Shown: in pieces, positions 1 to 14,649 of the stretch
Position numbering within the stretch: the stretch's first letter is position 1
Layout: every line of letters begins with the position of its first letter
From: Eledone cirrhosa
Taxonomy: Eukaryota
Assembly: GCA_964016885.1 (NCBI GenBank)
Contig: OZ024748.1
Span: 60,264,001-60,328,000, forward strand
Direction: 5' to 3'
DNA: 64,000 nt
The notes under the pieces: generated by a model
Told to the model about the DNA's origin: nothing
Databases searched by the model: none
The model's input: only the letters and a program-made list of their open reading frames with translations
Made by a program: the position numbers and the translations under genes

Positions 1-870
<870 letters not shown>

Positions 871-871
871 A

Positions 872-1591
<720 letters not shown>

Positions 1592-1683
1592 TATACATAT
1601 CTCTATATATATATATACTTATATATATACATATATATATATATATACATATCTCTATATATATATATGTATATATATACATG

Positions 1684-1729
<46 letters not shown>

Positions 1730-1731
1730 TA

Positions 1732-2140
1732 TAAATGAAAAGTATAGAAATTATTGTAGCGAGAAGCTAACAGTATTCCATAATATATGTGACTATAGCG
1801 TCAAAATGGGAAAATAGTTAACATAAGATATGGGAAAAATAATTCAAACTCAATTCAAAAAGATTCAGGATATAGATTTATCCAACAGAATTTAGAGAAA
1901 TCCAGGGAAAAATCAATAGAGCCTTAACTCATGATAAAACAAAGTCTAAAGTACTCATCCTTCAATTTGGGACAACTTCAAATGCTCTGTATAGTCTTGA
2001 AAAGAGTATTTCACGAAAACTTTCAGTGGGTATGATCACGGTTGGATTTCGTTCATCAGCATAGCTCAACGTGGTAACCAAGGTCTCACTGATTAATATG
2101 CCAAAAAGGGAATTTAAAAGCAGGGTAGTTTAACATCATG

Positions 2141-2143
<3 letters not shown>
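1732..2143 (-). mobile_element. HHR-bearing non-autonomous element, family J (probable Penelope-like pseudo-LTR)
   Basis: Homologous to 13457-14020 and 35885-36410. The three copies share one end abutting (TA)n and differ at the other end. Confidence 0.7.
1984..2065 (-). ncRNA. Type I hammerhead ribozyme (family J)
   Basis: Minus strand: GCTATG-CTGATGA-ACGAAA..TTTCGT-GAAA-TACTCTTTTCAAGACTA-TA/CAGAGC. One mismatch in stem I and one in stem III. Confidence 0.7.
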
Positions 2144-2193
<50 letters not shown>

Positions 2194-2218
2194 CACACAC
2201 ATATACATATATATATAC

Positions 2219-2249
<31 letters not shown>

Positions 2250-2338
2250 CTTATATATATATACATATATATATATAAATATATATATATATACATGTAT
2301 ATATACTTATATACACACACACACACACACATATATAC

Positions 2339-2454
<116 letters not shown>

Positions 2455-2601
2455 ATTAAAATACTGGAGCGTGTTGGAGTTAAACACCCTCTTCGTATTA
2501 TAGAAATGACAGTAAAAGGTATAGCTCAATGTAATTAAACAGAGCCGAAGAATTATGAAAGTAAAACAAAGAAGCCTTCAATACATCAAAAGTCTTTATT
2601 A

Positions 2602-2639
2602 GCCAACAATGTTTCGTCCTATTAAGGACTCATCAGGGC
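2602..2639 (-). ncRNA. Minimal type I hammerhead ribozyme (family A)
   Basis: Minus strand: GCC-CTGATGA-GTCCTTAATAGGAC-GAAAC-ATT-GTT/GGC. Confidence 0.8.
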
Positions 2640-3638
2640 AATTAAAACAACAATAAGTATTATCGGCCTATACAAACCGAAAACTCCGAAGAATATGGAG
2701 TGTACATACACTAAAGTATTGCAAGATTATGGGTAAAAATATATAATAAAAATCACTAAGGAGGTGTATAGCATTTAGAACCATATTACAAATATAGTCC
2801 AAAGCAAAAAAACCTAGAGCTAAACAAAGGTAGTTATATAGAGCGGGAATTATATATAATACTATATAATATAATATAGTATACTTGTAACAATATTAAA
2901 ATTACAATAAAAATTAAAAGGTACAATATATATATGTATATATGTACGCACACGTACGCACACATACACATACATCAATAGACATATCCATCTTTAACAG
3001 CACAAATTAAACCTTATTAAGAGTTTAAATATAAATAAGCATGATAGGAATAAAAATAATAATAATAGTAATAATACATATATCTAATATACATGAGGTA
3101 ATAATATGATATGATTATAAGTAGCACATATAATATATAATAAATTATATAATTATATACCATATAATATAATATAATAATAGATAATCTCCGGTTAATT
3201 TACACAAACAATATAGATGTCACAATAATACTATAATAATAATATAATAACATATATAATATATAATATATAATAACAAATCAATTCATATAGAGTTACA
3301 GAGTAGGTGAGAAAAAATATAAATTGTACACTGCCCAAAATTATGATGGTACAAAAATATAAACTTCTTACATGATATATACAATTTAACATATCATAAT
3401 GTTATATATAATCAACGGTAAATAATAAGGATCGATAGTACAATAACAAATACAATATAAAATAATTAACATAATATAATATATGATTACTTATAATTAC
3501 AAGGTTGGTAAACAGACATATATGTGGATGAGTGAGTAAGGGCCAGACAGTAAATAGAGTGCACAGTAGTATTAATAAATAAATAAATAAATAGAATCAA
3601 CCTTGTATAGGCCGATAATACTTCTTGTTGTTTTAATT

Positions 3639-3676
3639 GCCCTGATGAGTCCTTAATAGGACGAAACATTGTTGGC
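3639..3676 (+). ncRNA. Minimal type I hammerhead ribozyme (family A)
   Basis: GCC-CTGATGA-GTCCTTAATAGGAC-GAAAC-ATT-GTT/GGC; stem I GCC/GGC, stem II GTCC/GGAC. Confidence 0.8.
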
Positions 3677-3721
3677 TAATAAAGACTTTTGATGTATTGA
3701 AGGCTTCTTTGTTTTACTTTC

Positions 3722-3813
<92 letters not shown>

Positions 3814-4439
3814 TAACAGATTAAAGTTTAAGCAAAGAATCGCTGCTTTCACCCTTACACCCTTAACGGGATCTTCTGAAACTAACAAAGTCAATCTGTG
3901 AAAGCAGAAGTGTATATTTAAAAAAACGTTGCAACCGGGGGAAGATAGGAAGACGATACTTTGGTTCGTGGAAACGTTCCCTGGCAAAGAACGGGAAAAA
4001 ACGAATATAATACGTCATTATTTGGAGCGGTGAAAAACAATTACACGCAAAGACAAAACCACGTTTATGTTATAAAAGAAGTCGTAGACTCTTTATGTCA
4101 ACACAGGAGCAAGAATGAGGGTCTCATTCTACTGAGATGGCTTAAAAGAGGCTGTTTGCATAATTGCAAACGAATCGAATATTATTAATATACGAAAAAC
4201 TCAGATTAGATTTATTGTATTCAACGATGTAGAGCGATAATTTTCTGTTAGTTATATAAATATTTATCTGCCAAATGCAATTTGTTTTAAAGTCGAAGAA
4301 TGAAATTTACAATTCAACAACGTTTCCATACACAGGAAGGTGAAAGGAGACTTTTTGTTTGATAGTTGTTGATAAATTTGTCGATGTTCATTGAACGTGT
4401 TTTATTTTGATCAGTATAATAGTAAAAATACAGTACAGT

Positions 4440-4810
4440 ATTAAAATCTTACATATGTTCCAGCGTTATCTACTAGTGTTTGTAATTCTCCAGGTATATC
4501 CTGGACTGAATTAGTGAGGAGTTCAAGCGGTATATTTGTCCGTATGTGTCCAATAACTTTGATTCAATAGGAGGGACTTCCAATTAAATCAGAGTGTTTG
4601 GTTTCAAGCGATAAACTTCTTCATTCGTCCAAGCCCACTGGTAAAGTCATTCAGGATTTGTTGCCGGCAATTCATGTGGATCTCGCCGAACTAGTCAACG
4701 CCATGGGAATTGGCAATCAAGTCCCTCACGAACAGTGCGTGCTAAATGAGGAGGGGCTCCATCTTTCATGAGTATAATGTCATTGATGTTGCACCAAGTG
4801 GTTACAGGAA
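4440..4810 (-). pseudogene. Tc1/mariner transposase C-terminal remnant
   Basis: Manual translation: MKDGAPPHLARTVREGLDCQFPWR*LVRRDPHELPATNPE, then after a frameshift FYQWAWTNEEVYRLKPNTL. This matches the QDGAPPH...WPARSPDL...WGxxKxxVY pattern. Confidence 0.8.
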
Positions 4811-5415
4811 ACCAAAAAAAAAACAAAAAAAAACACTGAGAGATCTCGACTGCCGAGTAGTAGTAGTCACCATCGTTGAAAATACATAATTATAAAGGTA
4901 GTCATAGATTGCCTCCATATGGGATAAAGACGGGAGGGTCTTTGAGCATATGACTTGAGGATGAGATTTAAAACACAACACCAACATGATATACTCGTCA
5001 TAATGGTCACACAGAAAGACGATGAAGAAATACGAGGAGAAATTCTAGAAAGGACTAGAAGCTAGCTCGAAAACTAAACTTAGAATTCCAGAATTATATA
5101 AACTGGAAGCAATACTTCGATTCTGTTTCTTGGTATTAACATTCAGATAGAAACAAAAACAATAAAACAAATACTCCCCTTTCCGCCTACATACAAATCA
5201 CACACACATACTCTCTCTCTCTCTTCTAATACTCTTTCACTCTCCTTCCATCTACCTCACCCTTCTCTTTCTCTCTCTTCTCCCATCACTTTTTCACTCT
5301 TCTTTCATCTATCTCCCACTCTATCTCTCTCTCTCGCTCTCCATATATATATCTATACATATATACATATGCATAGATATATGTAGGCATATGTATATAT
5401 ATAAAGACACACACA

Positions 5416-5570
<155 letters not shown>

Positions 5571-5766
5571 ACACACACACACACACAAATATATATATAT
5601 ATATATATTACTCCTTTTCATTAGCATGATTATTTATTTATTATATTTATCTATCTACAACCATGTTATTTGTAAACTCTTAAAGCTTCCTTTTTTTCCC
5701 CATTTCGTATTCCTGTCTGATATCCCTTGATTGGATTAGACCATCCTGTTCCTACAACAACAACAG

Positions 5767-5832
<66 letters not shown>

Positions 5833-6065
5833 TTGATTAAACGACCAGCAACAGTATAGCAATCATGATGGATATCTTAAAACAGGAATAACTCACTCCA
5901 ATCACGTAACTCTCTAAAATTAGAGACAAGATTTACTCTACTAAAAAGACATCTTTTTTTTCACCTTCCCAAATTAAAGATCGTCTGATTAGTTTCCTTC
6001 CCTATTTATTACAACAACAAACAACCAAACAAAACTTTTCTCTTGCTTATATCATAGGCCACCCG

Positions 6066-6163
<98 letters not shown>

Positions 6164-6323
6164 TATGTTCATATATATATTCATATCTATCTATCTATCT
6201 ACCTATCTATACAAATATATAGATGTGTGTGTGAGTGTGTGTATATATAAACATATAAGTATATATAAATATGTATACATATATATAAATACGTATACAT
6301 GTATAAAACATAAGTATACATAC

Positions 6324-6361
<38 letters not shown>

Positions 6362-6372
6362 CGTATATATAC

Positions 6373-6424
<52 letters not shown>

Positions 6425-6434
6425 GTATATATAC

Positions 6435-6482
<48 letters not shown>

Positions 6483-6527
6483 TTTCTTCGCCCTAGTTTA
6501 CACACTAACATATATACATTTATTTAT

Positions 6528-6584
<57 letters not shown>

Positions 6585-6631
6585 TCTCTCTCTCCTCTCT
6601 CTCTCTCTATCTATCTATCTGTCTCTATCTG

Positions 6632-6748
<117 letters not shown>

Positions 6749-6995
6749 TCTCAATATTGTATATATATTGTATATACTCACACAAACATACTTAGACCAC
6801 TATACGTACAGTCAATCGTAGCTTTAATATTATCTCTTAATGAGGCAAAACAGAAAATAAACAATAAAAGAATGATTTCATCTATTTATGATTATACACA
6901 CACAAATATAGCTGAATGTATATAATATACACTCTATACCCGGAGGCTAGAAGATGAATGTATTTAGATATACATATACACATAAACATATATCG

Positions 6996-7029
<34 letters not shown>

Positions 7030-7238
7030 TATATATATATACATACATACATATATATATACATACTTACATATATATATACATACATACATTCACATAT
7101 ATATACATACACATATATATATAAATCTACATATATATATACATATATACATATATATACATACATATATATATATATATACATACATATGTATATACAT
7201 ACTTAAATACATATATATATATACATACATATATATAC

Positions 7239-7341
<103 letters not shown>

Positions 7342-7418
7342 TACATATATGTATACATATATACATATATGTACATACATACATAAATACATATATATAT
7401 ACATACATACATATATAT

Positions 7419-7547
<129 letters not shown>

Positions 7548-7594
7548 CATATATATTTCTATATATACATAAATGTATGTCTATATATATATAT

Positions 7595-7878
7595 AAGTTA
7601 AAACAATGAAATAAAAATTTAAGTCATTAGGAAAATGCTTCACTGCTTTACGATCGTTTCTAGGTGATGACCTAGAAACGATCGTAAAGCAGTGAAGTAT
7701 TTTCTTAATGACTTGAATTTTTATTTCATTGTTTTAACTTATATCATGACTCTGTTTTCCTTTTGATGATTTTTTTGTTTTCCGGGATTTATTTTAACCT
7801 ACAACATTATCAACATATGAATTACATTGAGTTCTTCATGCAGACTAGACCCCATAACTAACTGTGGATAATTCTGTG
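7595..7878 (+). mobile_element. Pseudo-LTR fragment with ~146-bp palindrome and 3' half of an HHR
   Basis: 7595-7740 is a near-perfect palindrome centred on TAGGT-GATG-ACCTA, followed by GAAAC-GATC-GTA. Flanked by (TA)n. Confidence 0.65.
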
Positions 7879-7923
7879 TATATATATATATATACATACA
7901 TTTTTCTTTCTATATATACATAA

Positions 7924-7987
<64 letters not shown>

Positions 7988-7989
<2 letters not shown>

Positions 7990-8697
7990 TAGCATTAAAG
8001 CCCGGCGTTGCTCGGGGTCATTAAGTTACCAAAATGAGGTTGCACCACCCATTTTATGGCACCACTTTTTTGTCTGCCAGGCACTGGGTGAATGAATTGC
8101 AGACCTGGAAGCATGAGCTGCGCCAGCAGTGACAATTGTAGTTTCGCCTATGGATATTATCTCTGTGCGAAAAAGTGTTGAAATTTATTGTTTCACAGTA
8201 CTTGCGCAACACGCGCGTAGACGATGCCAGCCGAACAACCGAGCTGCGATGGAGTTGTTCTACATGGTTGTCTGTGTGTATTCTAAATTTAAGACAGTAG
8301 GGAGGGTTGTGATATGAGGGAGAGTTAGCTGCTGTTTCTAGCAGGTTTAGTGACCTCATAGAGGATATGTGTTTTCTAAATTTAAGACAGTAGGGAGTGG
8401 TGTGAACGGACAGTATCAGCATCAAGCTTGGAAAGAGAAAGTAGCAGAAAGTATGAAGTTGTATAGATTTTGAATGGTATAGAAAGAGTTCAGCAGTTTA
8501 AATGAGAGAGAAAAATCGTAAAATATTGAGTTTTATCTATTTTTTGCGTAATTGTGGGTGAAATTGAAAAGCTTATCTGCGTCAAGACGCAATCGAAACT
8601 ATTTCGAATACTGAATTGAAAATTTCAATTGAAGAAATTCTATATCGTAGATTTCTATAACGAAGGAGCATGACCACACACTGAGCTTTATAGATTA

Positions 8698-8753
<56 letters not shown>

Positions 8754-8915
8754 CGGCGATGAATTAGTTTTGCGAGGTTTTTTATATGAAATCGTGTGTC
8801 GAAACAGATATTGTTATATTTGGGGAGGGTCATATTTGCGTAATATTGCCAGAATTAATAACAGAACACACTCACTGTTTGGTTGGTTTTCGCTTCTCGC
8901 TGTCTTTTATATATA
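7988..8915 (-). mobile_element. Non-autonomous Helitron-like element
   Basis: Minus-strand 3' end CCCGAGCAACGCCGGG hairpin followed by CTAG|T, the canonical Helitron terminus. The 5' boundary (TATATAAAAG near 8905-8915) is approximate. Confidence 0.6.
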
Positions 8916-9029
8916 TATATCTGCGATCTAACTTACTCGGTCCTCAATGTTGCCATTGACTGACCGGCGGTCAAAAATAATACAGATACAATATAGACAC
9001 AAACACATATATATAGTTTACATAATTTA

Positions 9030-9067
9030 CATAAATCTTTCGTTGCACATCTGCAACATCGTCAGTG
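9030..9067 (-). ncRNA. Minimal hammerhead ribozyme (family B) inside a TA-flanked island 8921-9172
   Basis: Minus strand: CA-CTGACGA-TGTTGCAGATGTGCAAC-GAAA-GATT-TA/TG. Stem I is short. Confidence 0.6.
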
Positions 9068-9167
9068 GTGTTATATTCATTAGATAAAACCCGCAGAAGG
9101 CCTGGCCAGCCTCAAGTTCTGTTATTAATTCTGGCAATATTACGCAAATATGACCCTCCCCAAATAT

Positions 9168-9278
<111 letters not shown>

Positions 9279-9280
9279 TG

Positions 9281-9316
<36 letters not shown>

Positions 9317-9422
9317 ATATATATATACATACATATATCTTTCTATACATACATAAATGTATACATATATATAATTATAAAAATAGACAAAGAAGCCTTC
9401 AATACATCAAACATCTTTATTA

Positions 9423-9463
9423 GCCTACAATGTTTCGTCCCATTAATAAGGACTCATCAGGGC
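9423..9463 (-). ncRNA. Minimal type I hammerhead ribozyme (family A, GUA site)
   Basis: Minus strand: GCC-CTGATGA-GTCCTTATTAATGGGAC-GAAAC-ATT-GTA/GGC. Confidence 0.82.
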
Positions 9464-10691
9464 AATTAAACAGATAAGAAGCATTAACGGCCAGAACAAT
9501 CCAAAACTCAAAAGAATAGGGAATTCATATCTATGAAAGCTTATGAGAGATATGAAGGGAAAGCATGCTAAAGCTAAAGCTAAAAGTTTGCATTTACAAA
9601 AATAGATTATATGGAAAGGAAGTGAGTAAAATGTCAAACCCACGTAGAAATTACAGTATGATACAAATACATTAAATACAACATGGTAATATAATATCAG
9701 AATTACAATACAATATAATGGGTAATAAAGCTTAATATATGTATATATATATATATCCATATATATACATTTACACAAACACATACTAACACTTAATAAG
9801 TATAAATATACTCTTTATAATATAAAATAAAAATAAAAATAAAAATAAAAATAAAAACTCCCTGACGGTGCGCATAAACTATACAAAAAATAAACTATAC
9901 AAAAAATAAGCTATACAAGAAATAATATAATATAATATAATAATATAATAAAATAATATACAGACATCAAAAATATACAAAACTACGTCATACATATCAC
10001 TTAATGTCAACAAGTTGTATATAAAGTTTTACAAGGGCAAGAAAAAATATCTTAATAAAACTGGAGTATGTTGAAAAATATATATATATATACATAAATA
10101 CATAAGTACATAAAGTATTGATAATAAGTATATAGATTACATTTATAAAATATTACAAAATATTATAAAATATAACAAAACAGTACCTTAAAAATCAGAC
10201 ATAAAATAATACGTATAATTCCATTACATAGAAATAATATGATATATAAATATTAATATTATAATGATAAATGATACAATAATATAGAAATTTAAAAGCA
10301 GACTAGCAGAGTCAATTGAAAATGTTTAAGAGATATTTACGCGAATAATATATTATATTAATATAGGGAGGCAAGTTATTATGCAAAGCATATTATAGGA
10401 AGACAAAGCAGCAAGTGGTAGTGAAGAAGTAATGATGATGATGATAGGAAGACAGACATCACGTGGTAGTAAAAAAATAAATAAAATAAAATAAAACGAG
10501 GAACAAAAACAAAAAGCAAAAACAAGCACATATATATATATTTATATATAACCAAAAGGCTATTCAATTTGTTGGTAATTCAACCAATATAAATGTTTAT
10601 AACTGATTCAGAGCACTCGACAAGTTTTCTGGAGTATAACATTCAATGATATTAAATAAATGGAAACTATATTTATAAAACCATATTTATT

Positions 10692-10744
10692 CTATTATAT
10701 ATATTTCAAGTGTACCAAAACTTTGGTACGCTTTCATCAGATAA
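10692..10744 (-). ncRNA. Minimal type I hammerhead ribozyme (family C)
   Basis: Minus strand: TTAT-CTGATGA-AAGCGTACCAAAGTTTTGGTACACTT-GAAAT-ATAT-ATA/ATAG; palindromic loop 3. Confidence 0.75.
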
Positions 10745-11921
10745 AATACAAAGTTTGTTTCATAAATTTTGACATAACCAAGAAAAGATACCTTAACGGT
10801 TCAAGTCTTTCTTGGATAGTGAAGGAAAAGAGAAGAAAAGTCAGATATTTCAAATTATTAAGATGAATATGCAAATTAGGTTGAGGTTTAGGGCTGAAAA
10901 AACGTTATTTTAGACGCTATGCAGAATTTAAATAATTAGGATATATATATGAGTAGGGAGAAGAAAAAAAGAAAGAAGAGCTTGATTTACGTTAATTTAA
11001 AAGGAATTAACAATTTGCGGGAATGGTGGAATATGATTCCAGAATTTAAATTTAGCTAAATTATGAGTTATAATATTGTATATATAATCAATTAGATTAT
11101 ATGAAGAATTATGGTTGTAAGTAGATTTTATCTTATTACATTACAATAGATTGTCAGTATATAAATATCTATATAGATTAATAATTGTGCATGTATAAGT
11201 ATTATAGAAATAGAAATAAGTTACAATTATTAGTTGTTTACATTTCTAATATGAGTTACAAAGGATGTTGATTTTGCATTTTACATAAAAAAAACACGTA
11301 GTTCAAGTTGTAAGAGGAGAACAATTTGTAGATTCAAATATTTTGTTCCATCATTGAAAATGTTTTCAGAATATTGTTAATTTAGCGAAGTTATATAGTT
11401 TATCATACATATTATATCATAATATAATGTTTATGTTTGCACGATTGAAAAGGGAAAGATAACTCCAATCTTGTTTGTTAATGGTTAAATTTGATGAATG
11501 ATTTTCTCAGAAAATATATAGAGAAAATTATATATTATTTTGTGTGAGATTAATTTCAATAAAATATTATTTTAGTCGAAAGATATGTGAAAGTTTGAAG
11601 ATAAAAAGAAGAGGAAAAATTAATGTGCATTTCGAAGAACTATCGTAAAGAAGATAAACTTTCAGAATGTCAATTAAAGATTATCAATCTACATCTAAAC
11701 AAATATATTTAGAGGGGTATCATTAAGAAAATAATGTCAAAAGGTAAAAATAGTAAACAAATATATTAAAAAATTAAATTTTTTTTATCTCAAATGGTAA
11801 AAATAGTAGAAATATAAAAAAAATTAAGAAGGAAGATCATTTAAAAAAATTTTAATTTAAATATTTAAAGAAAATAGGATAATTTTGAAGGTGTATAAGG
11901 TATAGTCAAGTGTAATGAATA

Positions 11922-12899
11922 TCATAAATTAAAAATACTTCTGAAAGTGGAATTTTGGCGATTTCTGCAACTAGAAAATAATTCTGTTTTAAGATTAATA
12001 GAGTTTTGACAGTTAATTATATAAAACATTTCTTTGATACACAAGTTACATAATCTTGAGAAAGCCATATTTCGGTATGCAGGCGCTTTCGAAATCGTTT
12101 CCCAAGATATTGAATAGTCTATATTGTTATCTTTTATGTTCCAAATTAAATATGAAAGTGAAGTTAAAGATTTTTTTATCGGATCTATTAAATGTGTGTT
12201 TATGGTTATACCAGCGTTCTTTGAATTTTGTAGAAGTGGCACCAATATAGTTAAATACTTTGTATCTAGTTTTAACTGTACATTTATAAATTACGTTTTT
12301 GTCTAAGCAATTATTTTGTAAAGGGCAGTTTGATTTAATTCTACAGTTACATTTTCTGGAGTTATTGTTCGGAACGGTACTATTATTCTGAATATTGTTG
12401 TTAGAAATATTATTATTGCTATCTTGGTTAGTTTGGTAAGGGTTTAAATTTAAGTTTCCATTATTAATTCTATTTATATTTTGTGCTATGTTCATAGTAG
12501 TAGAGTAGGATAGTTTTATAGTGTGTCTGTTAAAAATAGAGTGGTATCTGTGGGCTTTAGGAAAACATTTATCTAGTGCTTTAAAAAATAGCTTTGCTAA
12601 AGGTGTTTTAACGCTTTATGAGAATGGGGGAGAGTACCAAATAATATTTCTAGTTCTAGCTTTTTTGTTTAGTTTAGCGTTTAAGTTAAATTGTTTATTA
12701 TTATTATAAATAATTCTAGGATGATTTGTCATGTTATTGTTATCTATGTATTTAATTTTATTCGAGTATCCTGCTCTATGTAAAGCTTAATTGTAATATT
12801 CTGCCTTATCATCAAAAATACTTTTATTAGCAGAGATGCGTGAAATCCGTTGTCGGACGCTATTGACAATAGTGTTTTTAATATTTCTAGGAGGATTAG
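11922..12899 (-). pseudogene. Penelope-like RT thumb + linker + GIY-YIG endonuclease (frameshifted)
   Basis: ORF 12127-12495 gives CNCRIKSNCPLQNNCLDKNVIYKC..YIGATSTKFKERWYNH; ORF 11922-12245 gives CNLCIKE..ELFSSCR; upstream frame reads RQRISRISANKSIFD. Confidence 0.88.
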
Positions 12900-12913
12900 G
12901 GTTAGGGTTAGGC

Positions 12914-13354
12914 TTAATGAATATAATTCTAACAGCACGTAAAATCCTAATATAATTTAATAATCATCTCTGGACAAGACCCGACAGAAAAAAACAATTT
13001 TGATATCACTATGGGATAATCTGACTCGGCGCAAGTAACGGACCTCGTTGGATTATTTATTAATAATGTACTGCATAGGAAAATGCCACAGATGATCAGA
13101 GTTTTATATCGCGACGATATGTTACTTTTAATTGAAAACCATAGCAATAGTGAAATTAATAGGAGAAGGAAATCCATAATACAATTTTTCAACAACTACA
13201 ACCTTAATTTAGAAATCTAGAATAATTACAAAATCGTTAACTTCTTAGACGTAACCTTAAACCTTAGCACAGGTCTTTACTATCTATTCCCCAAAATTAA
13301 CGAAAGTCTAAATTACGTAACTTTCAATTCTAATCATCCTAGAAATATTAAAAA

Positions 13355-13360
<6 letters not shown>
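12914..13360 (+). pseudogene. Penelope-like RT core (inverted 5' segment)
   Basis: Manual translation: FDITMG*SDSAQVTDLVGLF...LYRDDML...VNFLDVTLNL...YVTFNSNHP, with stops and a frameshift. Confidence 0.88.
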
Positions 13361-13418
<58 letters not shown>

Positions 13419-13456
13419 TTCTATATATAGATAAATGTATATATATATAAATATAT

Positions 13457-14019
13457 AAATGAAAATAGAGAAATTAATGTAAGCAATATGCCAACAATAA
13501 TTCAGACATATAAATGACTATACCATAAAGATGAAAAAACTTTTAATGTAAGATATGGGAAAAGTAATACAATCCTAATTTAAAACAAATCAAGAAGAGA
13601 AACTTTATCCTCAGACTTAGTGTAAGTTGGGGGAAAAAGCAGTACAATCTTAACTCGAAATAAAATCAAGAAGAAATACTTAATCGTCAATTTGGGGAAA
13701 ACTACAAATGCACTATTTAGTCTTAAAAGACTATTTCATGTAACTTTTCAGTGAGGTTATTCACGTTTTGTATCGATCTCCAGTAGCGGTCAACACATTA
13801 ACTAGATGGTCACTGTTAAAATGCCGGAAGGGAATTAAAAGAAGGCATACGACAGCGTGTAAAATTGAAATAACAAAACACACGTGGAAGAACGCTAGTG
13901 ATGGCGGGATGAAACTAAAAGCTGTTTACAAGAAACAGTCAAAACATTCCGAAAAAACTCAACAAAAATATGGAGCTCAGCATAAGCAATATTATCACTT
14001 TTTTATTTTATTTTTTTAA

Positions 14020-14020
<1 letters not shown>
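13457..14020 (-). mobile_element. Family J element, diverged copy with decayed HHR (13711-13788)
   Basis: Aligns by eye to 1732-2143 and 35885-36410. Core reads CTGGAGA...GAAATAGTCTTTTAAGACTAAA. Confidence 0.65.
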
Positions 14021-14055
<35 letters not shown>

Positions 14056-14149
14056 GCGAAGAAATACCTATAATGGCTAGTAGACCACTGATGATGGATA
14101 GTCCTGGCTTCTATTTCTAATTCTTCATTTTAATATATATATAGGGCGG

Positions 14150-14610
14150 GTAAAATTCCCGGGATCCATGGACGAGTCTCTGACCCTCATTATCGATGCC
14201 ATGTCCTGCGTCTCCAACAGACCAGTGTCTGACCTTAGAGTATCAACATATGTTAACTTCGGTCTTCCTCTTCCAGTGTGTCGATGAAGGGGCTCCCACG
14301 GGAGCACTGAATGTAGTGTCAACTGTGGTATTCGGTGAGCATGTCCAGCTAACCTCAGTCTCCTCTGTGTCACTTTTGAGCTAACATTTGGGAGGCTCCT
14401 GTACAGCTCCGAGTTCTTCATCCTCGGTGTATACTGATTAATGTTCAGAGGTATCCTCAGCATTCTCGTATAGCACCCATCCACCATCTGAAGATTACTA
14501 ATGTAGCCGAGAAGCCGCTATAATTGGTTGAGGACTTCCTCTATTTCGGAGCAAAGATTGGGAAGACGGAAGATGATGTGGTCGAGAGGAAGAGCAGAGC
14601 CTAGGCGGCT

Positions 14611-14612
<2 letters not shown>
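14150..14612 (-). mobile_element. RTE-type LINE 3' fragment with 5' inversion
   Basis: Minus ORF VDGCYTRMLR..RRLRLAGH..GRPKLTYVD. The plus-strand segment 14490-14612 reads VEDFLYFGAKI..EDDVVERKSRA. Confidence 0.8.

Positions 14613-14641
<29 letters not shown>

Positions 14642-14649
<8 letters not shown>

Larger units (their letters stand above)
9371..13360 (-). mobile_element. Degenerate Penelope-like retroelement (C-terminal GIY-YIG, possibly Hydra clade), 5'-inverted, with ~2.5-kb AT-rich 3' region
   Basis: RT thumb, IIWYSPPFS, CNCx5CPL linker, VIY..YIG and CNLC on the minus strand; RT core inverted on the plus strand; HHRs downstream; (TA)n flanks. Clade is an inference from the CxCx5C linker. 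Confidence 0.88.

Noticed and set aside
14085-14125. CTGATGATGGATAGTCC as a hammerhead
   Set aside because: No GAAA or cleavage triplet follows. Similar half-motifs near 22715, 43645, 55820 and 57790 are too degenerate to call.
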